The notes below the pieces were generated by a model. The model worked only from the letters and a program-made list of their open reading frames with translations. It was not told the origin of the DNA and searched no databases. Position numbers and translations under genes: made by a program. A stretch of 64,000 nucleotides of DNA from Deltaproteobacteria bacterium (GTDB taxonomy: Bacteria > Desulfobacterota > Binatia > HRBIN30 > JACQVA1). The DNA is taken from the NCBI GenBank assembly GCA_016178705.1, contig JACOST010000008.1:102069-166068 (forward strand), written 5' to 3'. This document shows, piece by piece, positions 48,771-61,259 of the stretch. Positions within the stretch are counted from its first letter, which is position 1; each line of letters begins with the position of its first letter.

Positions 48771-49660
48771 GGCGCACCCCCTATAGCATCGACTCCGGTG
48801 GGCGGCGACACCCACATCGGGTCGGTCTGAATTGCGTGAGTCATGCGGCCGACCATGCGGCTGGTCGGTGCGACTTCGCCGGCGACGATGCGGGTCGGCA
48901 GAGCCTGGAAGGACTCTGCGCGCACCGTCATCGCCTTGAACACGGCCTCGAACGCGGTGTTACCGCCGCGCGGGCCGAGTCCGTTGATCGTACACTCGAT
49001 CTGGCGCGCTCCGTTGCGCACCGCGGCGAGTGAGTTGGCAACCGCCAGTGACAGATCGTCGTGACAGTGCACGCTCCAGCACACCGTACCGCCGCCCGGC
49101 GTGTGGCCGATGAGGTACTGGATCAGCGCGCCGAATTCATCGGGCAGCGCGATGCCGGCGGTATCGGGGACGTTGACTGTGGTGGCTCCGCAGCGGATCG
49201 CCTCGCCGTAAATTCGTACCAACGCGTCGCGATCCAGTCGCGAGGCGTTGGCCATCGTGAACTCGACCTCGTCGAGTTGCTGCTTGGCATACTCAACCGT
49301 GCGGCAGGCGGTGTCGACGACCTCCTGCCGCGTGCGCACGAGCTGAGCGCTGGAGGCAGCCACGAAGACGTGAACGCCGGGATGCTTTGCCTTGGCGACG
49401 CTGCGCACTGCGTGGTCGATGTCGGACTCAATGGCGCGCGCCAGGCTGAGCACAACCGATTCGCTCACCGCCGCGGCGATCGCCGCGACCGCTTCACCGT
49501 CGCCATCGAACGCTCCCGGAAATCCCACCTCGATGACATCGACGCCCAGTTTCTCAAGCTGACGCGCGACGGCGACCATCTCGGAGACGGACAGAAGAGC
49601 CGACGACGATTGGCCGTCGCGCAAGGTGGTGTCGAGAATCCGAACTCGGTCTGCTTCCAT
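48755..49660 (-). CDS. Truncated LeuA/HMGL-like paralog (catalytic TIM-barrel region only, 301 aa) with substitutions in conserved motifs; possibly a pseudogene
   Basis: MEADRVRILDTTLRDGQSS... (DGQS instead of DGEQ), ...[37 protein letters not shown] (GPRGGN instead of GERAGN). No subdomain or regulatory domain. Some stretches are nearly identical in nucleotide sequence to leuA. Overlaps the leuA start by 16 nt. Confidence 0.55.
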   Translation of the reverse strand: MEADRVRILDTTLRDGQSSSALLSVSEMVAVARQLEKLGVDVIEVGFPGAFDGDGEAVAAIAAAVSESVVLSLARAIESDIDHAVRSVAKAKHPGVHVFVAASSAQLVRTRQEVVDTACRTVEYAKQQLDEVEFTMANASRLDRDALVRIYGEAIRCGATTVNVPDTAGIALPDEFGALIQYLIGHTPGGGTVCWSVHCHDDLSLAVANSLAAVRNGARQIECTINGLGPRGGNTAFEAVFKAMTVRAESFQALPTRIVAGEVAPTSRMVGRMTHAIQTDPMWVSPPTGVDAIGGAPWNQQ

Positions 49661-49710
49661 GGCGCACTCTCCTTCGCCGCGGTGCCGTTGCCGACCCGCT
49701 GCGGGCTATG

Positions 49711-49818
49711 CGACCAAAAGAAAGGGCCACGGGGTGCGCCACCCGTGGCCCTCTAGAAGCAGAAACGCCACGGAGCGGTCATCCCACCCGTGGCGTCTTT
49801 CGGTCGCGTATTGGTAGT
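49711..49818 (-). promoter_or_regulatory. Leucine-operon transcription attenuator: two alternative hairpins; the distal one is a GC-rich stem followed by a U-tract
   Basis: On the minus-strand RNA: acgccacgggugggaugaccgcuccguggcgu (plus 49765-49796), then gggccacggguggcgcaccccguggccc followed by uuucuuuugg (plus 49724-49751 and downstream). Both stems share ccacgggugg, which allows antiterminator pairing. Confidence 0.55.
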
Positions 49819-49905
49819 CTACGCTCCCCCGGACGCAGCGGGTGGGCACGGCAGCAGCAGCCCGAGGAGCAGAAGACCCAATGCGTTGTGCGAGCGAGCG
49901 TTCAT
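49819..49905 (-). CDS. Leucine-rich leader peptide (28 codons, MNARSHNALGLLLLGLLLPCPPAASGGA)
   Basis: Its ATG overlaps the pssA stop (ATGA). It has 7 Leu codons in an 8-codon stretch (ctt ctg ctc ctc ggg ctg ctg ctg) and is followed within 25 nt by the attenuator hairpins and then the leuA-paralog RBS GAAGGAGAG. Confidence 0.5.
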   Translation of the reverse strand: MNARSHNALGLLLLGLLLPCPPAASGGA

Positions 49906-50753
49906 TGCGCACCCTTCGTAGGCGACTCGCTCGATGTTGTCAAGGTGGGATTTTCGACGACCTTGAGCGGATGCCGTCGCCCGCGCGCATGCAACAGCCA
50001 GCGGCCGCGCACAAACAGCGAGCGCGCCGGTCCTGAGAGCGCGAACAGCGTCGAGCCCGCGAATGCCATCCATTGCGGCTCGGCGATGAGCAGGTTGAGC
50101 ACGAGGATCACGAGCACCAGCATCGAGAACGGATGGCGACGGTGCAATTGCAACTCTTTGAAGCTGAAGTATTTCACGTTGCTCACCATCAACGCGGCTA
50201 AGCCGTAGATGACGAGTAACACCAACAGATGCTTGTGGGTGGCGCCGGCGCCGCCGTACTTGTAGTAGAGCAACACAGTCGCCGCGATCACGTCGGCGGC
50301 GGCTGGAATTGGGAGGCCGATGAAGTGGCGCTTCTCGACATTGTCGTACTGCACGTTGAAGCGCGCCAAGCGCAACGCGCCGCAGGTGACGTAGAGCGAT
50401 GCGGCCAGCCAGCCCCAGTTTTGCCACGGCTCGAGTGCCCAGCGGTAGGCGAGAATGCCGGGCGCCACGCCGAAGGCGACGAGATCCGCCAACGAATCGT
50501 ACTCGATGCCGAAGCGGCTGGTGGTGCGCGTCAGGCGCGCGACCCTTCCGTCGAGGATGTCGAAAATCTGCGCCAGCAAAATCGCCAGTGCGGCGAGTTG
50601 GAAATCGCCGTGCAGGCTGGCGATGACCGAGTAGAAACCGGAGAACAATCCGCCGGTGGTGAAGAGATTGGGCAGGATGTAAACACCCTTGCGTAGCGGC
50701 GCGGGCATGCCCCGACCGCCGCGAATGACGCGCACGCGTTCTTTTACTGCCAT
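49902..50753 (-). CDS. pssA: CDP-diacylglycerol--serine O-phosphatidyltransferase
   Basis: CDP-alcohol phosphatidyltransferase motif DILDGRVAR...GIEYDSLADLVAFGVAPG. ATG at 50753. Confidence 0.75.
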   Translation of the reverse strand: MAVKERVRVIRGGRGMPAPLRKGVYILPNLFTTGGLFSGFYSVIASLHGDFQLAALAILLAQIFDILDGRVARLTRTTSRFGIEYDSLADLVAFGVAPGILAYRWALEPWQNWGWLAASLYVTCGALRLARFNVQYDNVEKRHFIGLPIPAAADVIAATVLLYYKYGGAGATHKHLLVLLVIYGLAALMVSNVKYFSFKELQLHRRHPFSMLVLVILVLNLLIAEPQWMAFAGSTLFALSGPARSLFVRGRWLLHARGRRHPLKVVENPTLTTSSESPTKGAQ

Positions 50754-51418
50754 GAGCCGATCACCGTTTCGCCCGCGGTGGTGTGGTCGCCGACACGTAC
50801 CTGCACCGCGACCTCGGGTGGCAGATAGATATCCACCCGCGATCCGAACTTGATGATGCCACAGCGCCGTCCACGCTCGACGTTCATACCGGGACGAAGA
50901 TAGCAGACAATCCGGCGCGCCAGAAAGCCCGCGATCTGCACGAAGCACACGCGCCGCCCATGCTTGTCTTCGACGACGATGGCGTTCTGTTCGTTGTCGA
51001 GCGAGGCTTTCTCAGCGAAGGCGCGGAAGTACTTGCCGTGATTGTAGTGCGTGCTCACCACCGCACCGCTCACCGGATTGCGGTTCACGTGGACGTTCAG
51101 CGGCGACATGAAGATGCTGACCTTGATCGTATCGGCGTGGAGAAAGCGATCCTCGCGTACCGGTGCGACGGTGATCACACGGCCGTCGGCTGGAGCGACG
51201 ATCAGCCGTTCATCTGCTGGGGAGATCCGTTCCGGATCGCGAAAGAAGTTGAGCACGATTCCAAACAGCCCGGCACCAACGATCGCGCCGATCGCGCCGC
51301 CGAGCAGCCACAGCAACAGCGCAATGCCCGCGGCGCCAGCGATCAGCGGATAGCCCTCGCGCGCAATGGGAAGCCCCGCCCAGTGGGCGGGCATCTCTCG
51401 GGTCGCCTCAGTATTCAC
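50744..51418 (-). CDS. psd: Phosphatidylserine decarboxylase (short archaeal-type form)
   Basis: 224 aa with ...IVVEDKHGRRVCFVQIAGFLARRIV... and a C-terminal GS(W) region. Operon partner of pssA. Confidence 0.7.
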   Translation of the reverse strand: MNTEATREMPAHWAGLPIAREGYPLIAGAAGIALLLWLLGGAIGAIVGAGLFGIVLNFFRDPERISPADERLIVAPADGRVITVAPVREDRFLHADTIKVSIFMSPLNVHVNRNPVSGAVVSTHYNHGKYFRAFAEKASLDNEQNAIVVEDKHGRRVCFVQIAGFLARRIVCYLRPGMNVERGRRCGIIKFGSRVDIYLPPEVAVQVRVGDHTTAGETVIGSWQ

Positions 51419-51566
51419 GGTGCGCGGACTATAGCGGAAGGACGGCGGAGACCCAACTCTTTGGTGTGACGAGCGCTGCTGGCCCTCGGCGGCACCGGGT
51501 CGAGTCCTCGGTTGGACAGCGATGGGCTTCGCGCGCAGGCGCGGAAGCCTGCCGCTACCTAGATTG

Positions 51567-53095
<1,529 letters not shown>

Positions 53096-53099
53096 GAGG

Positions 53100-53336
53100 T
53101 CAGTGCGATCGATACTTGCCGAGAATCTCCATGATGTGATCCTTGCCGGCGAGCTTGAGCTTCTGGAGGCGTTTCTTTTCGACTTCTTCTTCTGGCGTGA
53201 GGAAGTGTTTGTGCTGGAACGTGGCGAGCTGCTTTTCGAGTACGAGGTGCTCCTCGTAATAGCGGCGCAGCTCAACGTCCTTGTCCAACAGAGTACGGAT
53301 CAACTCTTCTTCATGCTTCTCCATAGTGATCTCCAT
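53100..53336 (-). CDS. DUF465 (YdcH-like) small protein
   Basis: ...LTPEEEVEKKRLQKLKLAGKDHIMEIL matches the DUF465 pattern. Confidence 0.5.
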   Translation of the reverse strand: MEITMEKHEEELIRTLLDKDVELRRYYEEHLVLEKQLATFQHKHFLTPEEEVEKKRLQKLKLAGKDHIMEILGKYRSH

Positions 53337-53419
53337 CAGGCAGGTGGCCGGAAGCTACCGCAGGGCTCGGTCACTGTCAAATTACCCCGATGCGATGAAA
53401 GTGTCACGATTCTAGTGCG

Positions 53420-54106
53420 TTAACAAAATTTTCGCTCGGCCTCAGAGGCCCGAACGTAGAACGGCTCCACGCTCGCCAACTCGGCCGCAACACCTGCCGC
53501 GAGGCGTTCACGCCCGATGGCCGCAACGGCCGCGCCAGACGGTGGCGCCGCAGCGAGCGGTAGTCGTTTGACCACGGCGCCGAAGAGCTCGATCAACACG
53601 TCTTGGTATTCGTCGACGCCATCACCGATGAAGACCACATCCTCTGGGCCGCTCACAAAACGAGCCAGTTCGCGCGGAGCGATGGCCATCTCGGCGACCA
53701 CACGATCGAGCTGGTCGCCGCGCCAGCGAAAGCTGGCGGCGTAGATCTCGCTGCGGCGCGCATCGAGGATCGTCCACACCGTTTCGGTACGAGGGCCGAG
53801 TGCGCGTGCGAGCGCTTCCAGCGTCGGCACCGCCACCAGATGAGCGTTGGCAGCGTACGCCAACCCCTTCGCCGTGCTGAGCCCAACACGCAGCCCGGTA
53901 AACGACCCAGGGCCGGCTGACACCGCGATCGCGTCGAGATCACTGATCGCGATGCGCGCTTGAGTGAGAACGCCGTCAATCAGGGGAATGATGGCGGCAG
54001 CGAGCGTGTTCTCGACGCGTTCGGTCCGCTGCGCGACGGCCACGCCGTCGCGATCAATCCCGACACTCGCGGTCCACGTCGCGGTGTCGAGTCCGAGGGT
54101 CCACAC
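53420..54106 (-). CDS. tsaB: tRNA threonylcarbamoyladenosine biosynthesis protein TsaB (YeaZ)
   Basis: MWTLGLDTATWTASVGI...ISDLDAIAVSAGPGSFTGLRVGLSTAKGLA. Confidence 0.75.
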   Translation of the reverse strand: MWTLGLDTATWTASVGIDRDGVAVAQRTERVENTLAAAIIPLIDGVLTQARIAISDLDAIAVSAGPGSFTGLRVGLSTAKGLAYAANAHLVAVPTLEALARALGPRTETVWTILDARRSEIYAASFRWRGDQLDRVVAEMAIAPRELARFVSGPEDVVFIGDGVDEYQDVLIELFGAVVKRLPLAAAPPSGAAVAAIGRERLAAGVAAELASVEPFYVRASEAERKFC

Positions 54107-54112
54107 GGTGTG

Positions 54113-55186
54113 CTAGCCCTGTAGGACGCGGGCGATGTCGTTGTAGAAGGCGAACAGCATCAACGCGATCAGCACAAACAAGCCGACCTGCTGCGCCAGT
54201 TCGCGGTAGCGCAGCTCAATCGGGCGGCCGAGCAGTCCTTCGATGGCAAAGAAAAACAGGTGCCCACCATCGAGCACCGGGATCGGCAGCAGGTTGAGGA
54301 TGCCGAGATTGATGCTGATCACCGCGGTGAACATGAGGAGAAACTCGATGCCCAGCGCCGCCTGCTTGCCGGCTTGGCGGACGATCTCGATTGGCCCGCC
54401 GATTTCGCTCGATGGGATCTTGCCCGAGACCATCTTCACCAATCCCACCAGAATCGTCTCACCCCAGATGAACGTTTGCTGACCAGCCATCCAGACAGCT
54501 TCGAGCGGGCCAACGTTCTTCACGTCGAGCCCGGGCTCGATGCCGATGAGATAGAGTTTGGTTTCGAGTTCTTCGCCGAAGATCGTCTTGTTGGGGCGCT
54601 CCTTCGGCGTGACGTTGATCTTGCGTTCGCCGCCGTTGCGATCGATCGTCAGCGTCAGCGTGCGACCGCCACTCTGACGGATCGCCTGCGACATTTCGTC
54701 CCAGGTGCTGACCGGCTTGTCATCAACAAAGCGAACGACATCGCCGGCTTCGACGCCGGCCTCGATCGCCGGCATGCCGGCCGACAGCCCGCCGACCTTC
54801 GCCTGTTCGCTCGGTGTGCGTACGCCGAACGCGATGTACGTCACGCAAAAGATCAGGAAGGCAAATAGCAGATTCGTGCCCGGTCCGGCGAAGACGATGG
54901 CAAAGCGCCGGCTGACAGGTTGGTGCGCAAACGACACCTTCTTCGCCGCCTCGTCCAGTTCGGCGTCGGAATCCTCGCCCTCCATTTTGACGTAGCCGCC
55001 CAGCGGGACGACACTGAGTTGATACTCCGTATCGCCGGAGCGCCAACCGAATAGTTTTGGACCGAAGCCGATGGAAAAGCGGAGCACCTTGACGCCAACG
55101 CGCTTGGCTACCAAAAAGTGACCCAGCTCGTGCACCAAGATCAGAAATCCCAGGACGATGATGGCCGCGAGAATACTGGTGGGCAT
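54113..55186 (-). CDS. rseP: RIP zinc metalloprotease RseP (site-2 protease)
   Basis: HELGHFLVAKR (HExxH) in TM1, a PDZ domain, and a C-terminal LNLLPIPVLDGGH motif. Confidence 0.8.
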   Translation of the reverse strand: MPTSILAAIIVLGFLILVHELGHFLVAKRVGVKVLRFSIGFGPKLFGWRSGDTEYQLSVVPLGGYVKMEGEDSDAELDEAAKKVSFAHQPVSRRFAIVFAGPGTNLLFAFLIFCVTYIAFGVRTPSEQAKVGGLSAGMPAIEAGVEAGDVVRFVDDKPVSTWDEMSQAIRQSGGRTLTLTIDRNGGERKINVTPKERPNKTIFGEELETKLYLIGIEPGLDVKNVGPLEAVWMAGQQTFIWGETILVGLVKMVSGKIPSSEIGGPIEIVRQAGKQAALGIEFLLMFTAVISINLGILNLLPIPVLDGGHLFFFAIEGLLGRPIELRYRELAQQVGLFVLIALMLFAFYNDIARVLQG

Positions 55187-55205
55187 TGAATCTCCTCACT
55201 CCACC

Positions 55206-56021
55206 TCAACGGCAGAGATCGACGTAATAGTATAGGAGGGCTACCGGGAACACCAGACTGTCGATGCGATCCAGCACGCCGCCATGGCCGGGGAAAATCC
55301 ATCCCGACTCCTTGGCGGCGAACGTGCGCTTCATCATGGATTCGCACAGATCGCCTACCTGCCCCACCACGCCAATCACTACCGCAACCACCGTCGCTTC
55401 AGTCCATCCCAGGTCGGGGACATCGAGTCCCATCAGCGGTAGCAGCACCAGCTCTACGATACCGACCCCCGCCACGCTTCCGGCGAGAATGCCGAGTGCG
55501 CCTTCGACGGTCTTGCCGGGGCTGACGCGCGGCATGAGCTTGTGCTTGCCGAACGCGTGGCCGGCGAAGTAGCCGCTGCTGTCACCCCCCATCCCCGCAC
55601 CAAGGAGAAGAATGACCCAGCCGGCGCCGTGCGGCGTCTGCCACAGCCACACGAAGTACGGCAGCAACACGCTGACGTACAAAATCCCCAACAACGTCAG
55701 GCCGAGATCGCCGATGCCCTTCTCGAAATCGACACGCGCCAGCAACGTCCAGCTCAACCCGATCACTAAAGCGGCCACCATCGCGAAGGCGAGCCAGTCG
55801 GCGCGGGTCGACGCGCTCGCGATCGCCAGCATCCAACCGAGCGCCACACCCAACGCGCGCGAGCCCGGTTGGCTCGGAAACGCCATCACGAAATATTCGA
55901 GGACACCAACCGCCGCGATCAGCGCCAACACCGCGGCGAAGAGCCAGAATGGTGCGTACTTGATCAGTAGCAGCAGCAGAGGGATGGCGACCGCGGCAGT
56001 CGCGAGCCTAGCGCGCAACAC
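55206..56021 (-). CDS. cdsA: Phosphatidate cytidylyltransferase
   Basis: C-terminal signature SMMKRTFAAKESGWIFPGHGGVLDRIDS. GTG/TTG start near 56021 overlapping the uppS stop; the long track extension is rejected. Confidence 0.75.
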   Translation of the reverse strand: MLRARLATAAVAIPLLLLLIKYAPFWLFAAVLALIAAVGVLEYFVMAFPSQPGSRALGVALGWMLAIASASTRADWLAFAMVAALVIGLSWTLLARVDFEKGIGDLGLTLLGILYVSVLLPYFVWLWQTPHGAGWVILLLGAGMGGDSSGYFAGHAFGKHKLMPRVSPGKTVEGALGILAGSVAGVGIVELVLLPLMGLDVPDLGWTEATVVAVVIGVVGQVGDLCESMMKRTFAAKESGWIFPGHGGVLDRIDSLVFPVALLYYYVDLCR

Positions 56022-56772
56022 GGAGCGGTTCCCCTTGCGGCGATTCGAGCACGCGGCCGAAGCGCCGTTCGCGTTGCTGAAACACCGCGAGTGCTTCACA
56101 AAACTGGCGCTCGCGGAAGTCCGGCCACAGAGTCTCAGTGACGAAAATTTCGCTGTACGCCAGCTGCCAGAGGTAGAAGTTCGACAGCCGCATCTCGCCA
56201 CTGGTGCGAATGAGCAGATCGGGATCAGGAATGCCGTGCGTGCTGAGGTAACGGTCGACGACAGCTTCGTCGATGCGGTCGGGGTCGAGTCGCCCCGCTT
56301 CACACTCACGGGCGATCACCCGCGCGGCGCGGACAATGTCCGAGCGGGCGCCGTAACTCACCGCTAGCACGACCGTCATCCCGGTGTTGTGTTTGGTGGC
56401 TTCGATGTCCGCCGCCAAGTAGCGCTGCACCGCGAGCGGCAGGCGAGTCGTGTCGCCAACGGCGACCAACCGGATGTCGCGCTCCATCATTTTCTTGAGT
56501 TCGGTGCGCAGGTAGCGGCGCAGCAAGCCCATCAACGCGCTCACTTCGGTGCGCGGACGTTGCCAATTTTCCGTCGAGAAGGCGTACAGGCTGAGATACT
56601 CGATGCCCAGGTCGCGCGCTTGTTCGACGATTGCCCGCACGGAGTCCTTGCCGTGTTTGTGCCCTTCGATGCGGCTGAGGCCGCGCTGCTGCGCCCACCG
56701 GCCGTTGCCGTCCATGATGATGGCGACGTGACGGGGCAGACGCGTCAGGTCCAGAGAAGGCAGCGCCGGCAC
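56008..56772 (-). CDS. uppS: Isoprenyl transferase (undecaprenyl diphosphate synthase)
   Basis: HVAIIMDGNGRWA... and ...FSTENWQRP... motifs. Confidence 0.85.
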   Translation of the reverse strand: MPALPSLDLTRLPRHVAIIMDGNGRWAQQRGLSRIEGHKHGKDSVRAIVEQARDLGIEYLSLYAFSTENWQRPRTEVSALMGLLRRYLRTELKKMMERDIRLVAVGDTTRLPLAVQRYLAADIEATKHNTGMTVVLAVSYGARSDIVRAARVIARECEAGRLDPDRIDEAVVDRYLSTHGIPDPDLLIRTSGEMRLSNFYLWQLAYSEIFVTETLWPDFRERQFCEALAVFQQRERRFGRVLESPQGEPLRVAR

Positions 56773-56776
56773 CGGA

Positions 56777-58101
<1,325 letters not shown>

Positions 58102-58956
58102 TTATGCCGCCTGCTCGGTCTGCTCCCCGAGCTGGTACCGCGCGAAGCGCTTGACCGTTATCGATCCACCGACCCGCTTCACGACCTCCGCCAACCACGT
58201 GCTCACGGAGCGATCGGGGTCCTTGATGAACGGCTGTTCGAGCAAGCAGACATCTCTGAAAAACTTGTCCAACTTGCCGGTCACCATCTTCTCGATCACT
58301 GCGTCGGGCTTTCCCGAGGTGGCGGCTTGAGCGCGATAGATGGCGCGCTCGCCATCGAGGACATCGACCGCCACTTCCTCACGGCGGACGTAGCGCGGAT
58401 TCGCCGCAGCGACTTGCATCGCGAGATCGCGGACCAGTTGGGCGCAATCCGCTGAATTCGTGATCGCTCCGTCGCGGGCCAGTTCGAGCAGCACGCCGAT
58501 CTTGCCGCCAGCGTGGATGTAGGAGCCGACTAACCCGCCGTTCGCCGGTGATTCGAAGCGCGCCGCCCGGCGCATCACGACGTTCTCGCCAGTCTTCGCC
58601 ACCGCAGTGGTAATCAGCTCACCCAGATTCACGTCGGCGCCATGCGTCAACACTTGTTGGGCCGCCTGCTCGACCAGCGCGCCGAATTCGGGCGTGCGGG
58701 CGACGAAATCGGTTTCGCAGTTCACTTCGACCAGGGCGCCGACCGTGCCGTCGCCATTGCTGGCCGCGACGATCAGACCTTCGCTCGCCACGCGGGTGGC
58801 GCGTTTCGCCGCCGCGGCGAGTCCCTTCTCGCGCAGTACGACGATCGCCTTTTCGAGGTCGCCTGCACTGTCGGCGAGCGCCCGCTTGCAATCCATCATT
58901 CCCGCCCCGGTCTTATCGCGCAGTTCGCGAACCAGGGCGGCGCTGACTTCACTCAC
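58102..58956 (-). CDS. tsf: Elongation factor Ts
   Basis: [28 protein letters not shown]... GTG start overlaps the rpsB stop (GTGA). The 450-aa track ORF is rejected as an upstream extension. Confidence 0.85.
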   Translation of the reverse strand: MSEVSAALVRELRDKTGAGMMDCKRALADSAGDLEKAIVVLREKGLAAAAKRATRVASEGLIVAASNGDGTVGALVEVNCETDFVARTPEFGALVEQAAQQVLTHGADVNLGELITTAVAKTGENVVMRRAARFESPANGGLVGSYIHAGGKIGVLLELARDGAITNSADCAQLVRDLAMQVAAANPRYVRREEVAVDVLDGERAIYRAQAATSGKPDAVIEKMVTGKLDKFFRDVCLLEQPFIKDPDRSVSTWLAEVVKRVGGSITVKRFARYQLGEQTEQAA

Positions 58957-59735
58957 TGCACCATCCCTCCTTCGACAGTGGCCGCGGGGGCCACCTGGCT
59001 CGGGCCGGCGTCGTCGGCAACCTGGTCGCTCACACCCTTGGCGCGCTCTTCGGCGCGTGCGCGACCTTCGAGGACCGCATCCGCGATCGCCCCGCAGAAC
59101 AGACGAATGGCGCGGATGGCGTCGTCGTTGCCGGGGATCTTGTGATCGATCACGTCGGGGTCGCAGTTGGTGTCGACCACCGCGACCACCGGGATGTGGA
59201 GCTTGTTGGCTTCCTTGACCGCGATCTCTTCCTTCTGCGGGTCGATCACAAACAGCGCGTCGGGCAGCTTGCGCATGTTCTTGATTCCACCGAGGGCACC
59301 GAGGAGCTTGTCGCGCTCGCGACTGACGTTGAGCATTTCCTTCTTGGTGAGAGCTTGGGCCATCACCGGGTTCTCGAGCGTCTCTTCGCACTTCTTCAAC
59401 TTGTCGATGCTCTGCTTGATGGTTTGGAAGTTCGTGAGGGTGCCGCCCAGCCAACGGGTGTTGACGTAGAACATGCCGCAGCGGTCGGACTCTTCCTTGA
59501 TCGCGTCCTGGGCTTGCTTCTTGGTGCCGACAAACAGGACGTGGCCGCCCTGGGCCGCCACTTCGCGCACGAACGCGTAGGCGTTCTCGAAGAGCTTTAC
59601 CGTCTGCTGCAGATCGATGATGTAGATGCCGTTGCGGGCGCCAAAGATGTACGGCTTCATCTTTGGGTTCCAGCGGCTCGTTTGGTGGCCGAAGTGCACA
59701 CCGGCCTCCAAGAGCTGCTTCATGCTCACTTCCAT
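58953..59735 (-). CDS. rpsB: 30S ribosomal protein S2
   Basis: [26 protein letters not shown]... ATG 59735 preceded by GGAGAGGAGA. Confidence 0.9.
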   Translation of the reverse strand: MEVSMKQLLEAGVHFGHQTSRWNPKMKPYIFGARNGIYIIDLQQTVKLFENAYAFVREVAAQGGHVLFVGTKKQAQDAIKEESDRCGMFYVNTRWLGGTLTNFQTIKQSIDKLKKCEETLENPVMAQALTKKEMLNVSRERDKLLGALGGIKNMRKLPDALFVIDPQKEEIAVKEANKLHIPVVAVVDTNCDPDVIDHKIPGNDDAIRAIRLFCGAIADAVLEGRARAEERAKGVSDQVADDAGPSQVAPAATVEGGMVQ

Positions 59736-59820
59736 ACAGATCTCCTCTCCAACATTCAGAACCGGGTCAGATTCAAGAGCACAGAGATAACAGAAAGGGA
59801 ATTCCTCAGGCAACCGCCCG

Positions 59821-61257
59821 CTACTGGTTCATCGAGGCCAGGAACTCGGCATTGGTCTTGGTGTCGCCGACCTTGTCGAGCACGAATTCCATGGCCTCGA
59901 CCGGGTTCAACTGGGCCAACAGCTTGCGCAAAATCCATACGCGGCTGAGGGTTTCGCGTTCCAGGAGCAGCTCTTCCTTGCGCGTGCCCGAACGGTTGAT
60001 GTCGATGGCGGGGAAAATACGCTTGTCGACCAGCCGGCGATCGAGGTGGATTTCCATGTTCCCGGTGGCCTTGAACTCTTCGAAAATCACTTCATCCATG
60101 CGACTGCCGGTGTCCACGAGGGCGGTCCCCATGATGGTGAGACTGCCGCCGTCTTCGATGTTGCGCGCGGCACCGAGAAACTTTTTCGGCTTGTGCAAGG
60201 CGTTGGAATCGACGCCACCGGAAAGGATCTTGCCGCTCGGCGGCACCACCGTGTTGTAGGCGCGCGCCAAGCGCGTGATGCTGTCGAGCAGGATCACCAC
60301 GTCGCGGCCGTGCTCGACCAGCCGTTTCGCCTTCTCGATCACCATTTCCGCCACCTGCACGTGGCGGGTAGCGGGCTCGTCGAAGGTCGAACTGATCACT
60401 TCGCCCTTCACCGAGCGCTGCATGTCGGTGACTTCTTCCGGCCGCTCGTCGATGAGCAGGACGATCAGCACCACCTCCTTGTGATTCTGCGTGATGCCGT
60501 GCGCAATATGTTGCAGCATCATCGTCTTGCCGGTACGTGGCGGCGCAACGATCAGGCCGCGCGTGCCCTTCCCGATGGGCGTGAACAGATCGATCAGTCG
60601 CCCCGTGAATTCTCGCGGATCGTGTTCCAACTTGAGCTGCTCATTGGGATACAGCGGCGTGAGGTTGTCGAAGAGGATCTTCTCGCGCGCCTTCTCCGGC
60701 TCCTCGTAGTTGATCGCTTCAACCTTGAGCAGGGCAAAATAGCGCTCGCCCTCTTTGGGTGGCCGAATCTGACCGGAAACCACATCGCCGGTACGCAAGT
60801 TGAAGCGGCGAATCTGACTCGGAGAGATGTAGATATCGTCGGGGCCGGGGAGGTAGTTGTAGTCGGGCGCGCGGAGGAATCCGAAACCGTCGGGCAGTAT
60901 CTCAAGGACGCCTTCGCCGTAGACGAAGCCACTCTGCTCGGTCTGCGCGCCCAAGATGGCAAAGATCAGCTCCTGCTTGCGCAGATTGGCGGCGCCTTCG
61001 ACATTGAAGTCTTTCGCTATCTGCGCCAGCTCGTTGATCTTCTTTTCCTTGAGCGCCTTCAGGTTGAGCGCACCCTCACGCTCGGGTGGCTCTTCGACCG
61101 GTTCGGTGGGCAAGCCTTGCACCGGTGCGGGCTCGTGCCGCTGCTGCCCACCGTCGTCCCCGTGATGATTGTTGTGGTGCGAGTGATGACGGCGGCGGCG
61201 CTCCGGGCGTCCCCCTGAGCCTTGCGGTCTCTCTCTCCCGACAACGTCGTCGGCCAT
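59821..61257 (-). CDS. rho: Transcription termination factor Rho (with His/Arg-rich N-terminal extension)
   Basis: RNA-binding domain, Walker [10 protein letters not shown] and R loops. The ~60-aa N-terminal His/Gly/Arg-rich insertion is typical of some high-GC lineages. Confidence 0.9.
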   Translation of the reverse strand: MADDVVGRERPQGSGGRPERRRRHHSHHNNHHGDDGGQQRHEPAPVQGLPTEPVEEPPEREGALNLKALKEKKINELAQIAKDFNVEGAANLRKQELIFAILGAQTEQSGFVYGEGVLEILPDGFGFLRAPDYNYLPGPDDIYISPSQIRRFNLRTGDVVSGQIRPPKEGERYFALLKVEAINYEEPEKAREKILFDNLTPLYPNEQLKLEHDPREFTGRLIDLFTPIGKGTRGLIVAPPRTGKTMMLQHIAHGITQNHKEVVLIVLLIDERPEEVTDMQRSVKGEVISSTFDEPATRHVQVAEMVIEKAKRLVEHGRDVVILLDSITRLARAYNTVVPPSGKILSGGVDSNALHKPKKFLGAARNIEDGGSLTIMGTALVDTGSRMDEVIFEEFKATGNMEIHLDRRLVDKRIFPAIDINRSGTRKEELLLERETLSRVWILRKLLAQLNPVEAMEFVLDKVGDTKTNAEFLASMNQ

Positions 61258-61259
61258 AC

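Noticed and set aside
53096-53275. Ser/Lys-rich N-terminal extension of ilvN in the track ORF
   Set aside because: Low-complexity. The canonical ACT-domain start MRHTISVLVENEFG is at 53095.
56022-56309. N-terminal extension of cdsA overlapping uppS
   Set aside because: It overlaps the uppS coding region in another frame. A membrane N-terminus with a GTG start near 56021 is more plausible.
58957-59454. 450-aa version of tsf overlapping rpsB
   Set aside because: The extension overlaps the S2 gene in another frame. The conserved EF-Ts N-terminus begins at GTG 58956, which overlaps the rpsB stop.
59821-61257. His/Arg-rich N-terminal region of Rho as something novel
   Set aside because: N-terminal insertion domains of Rho are well known in high-GC and other lineages. 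Noted in the feature evidence only.
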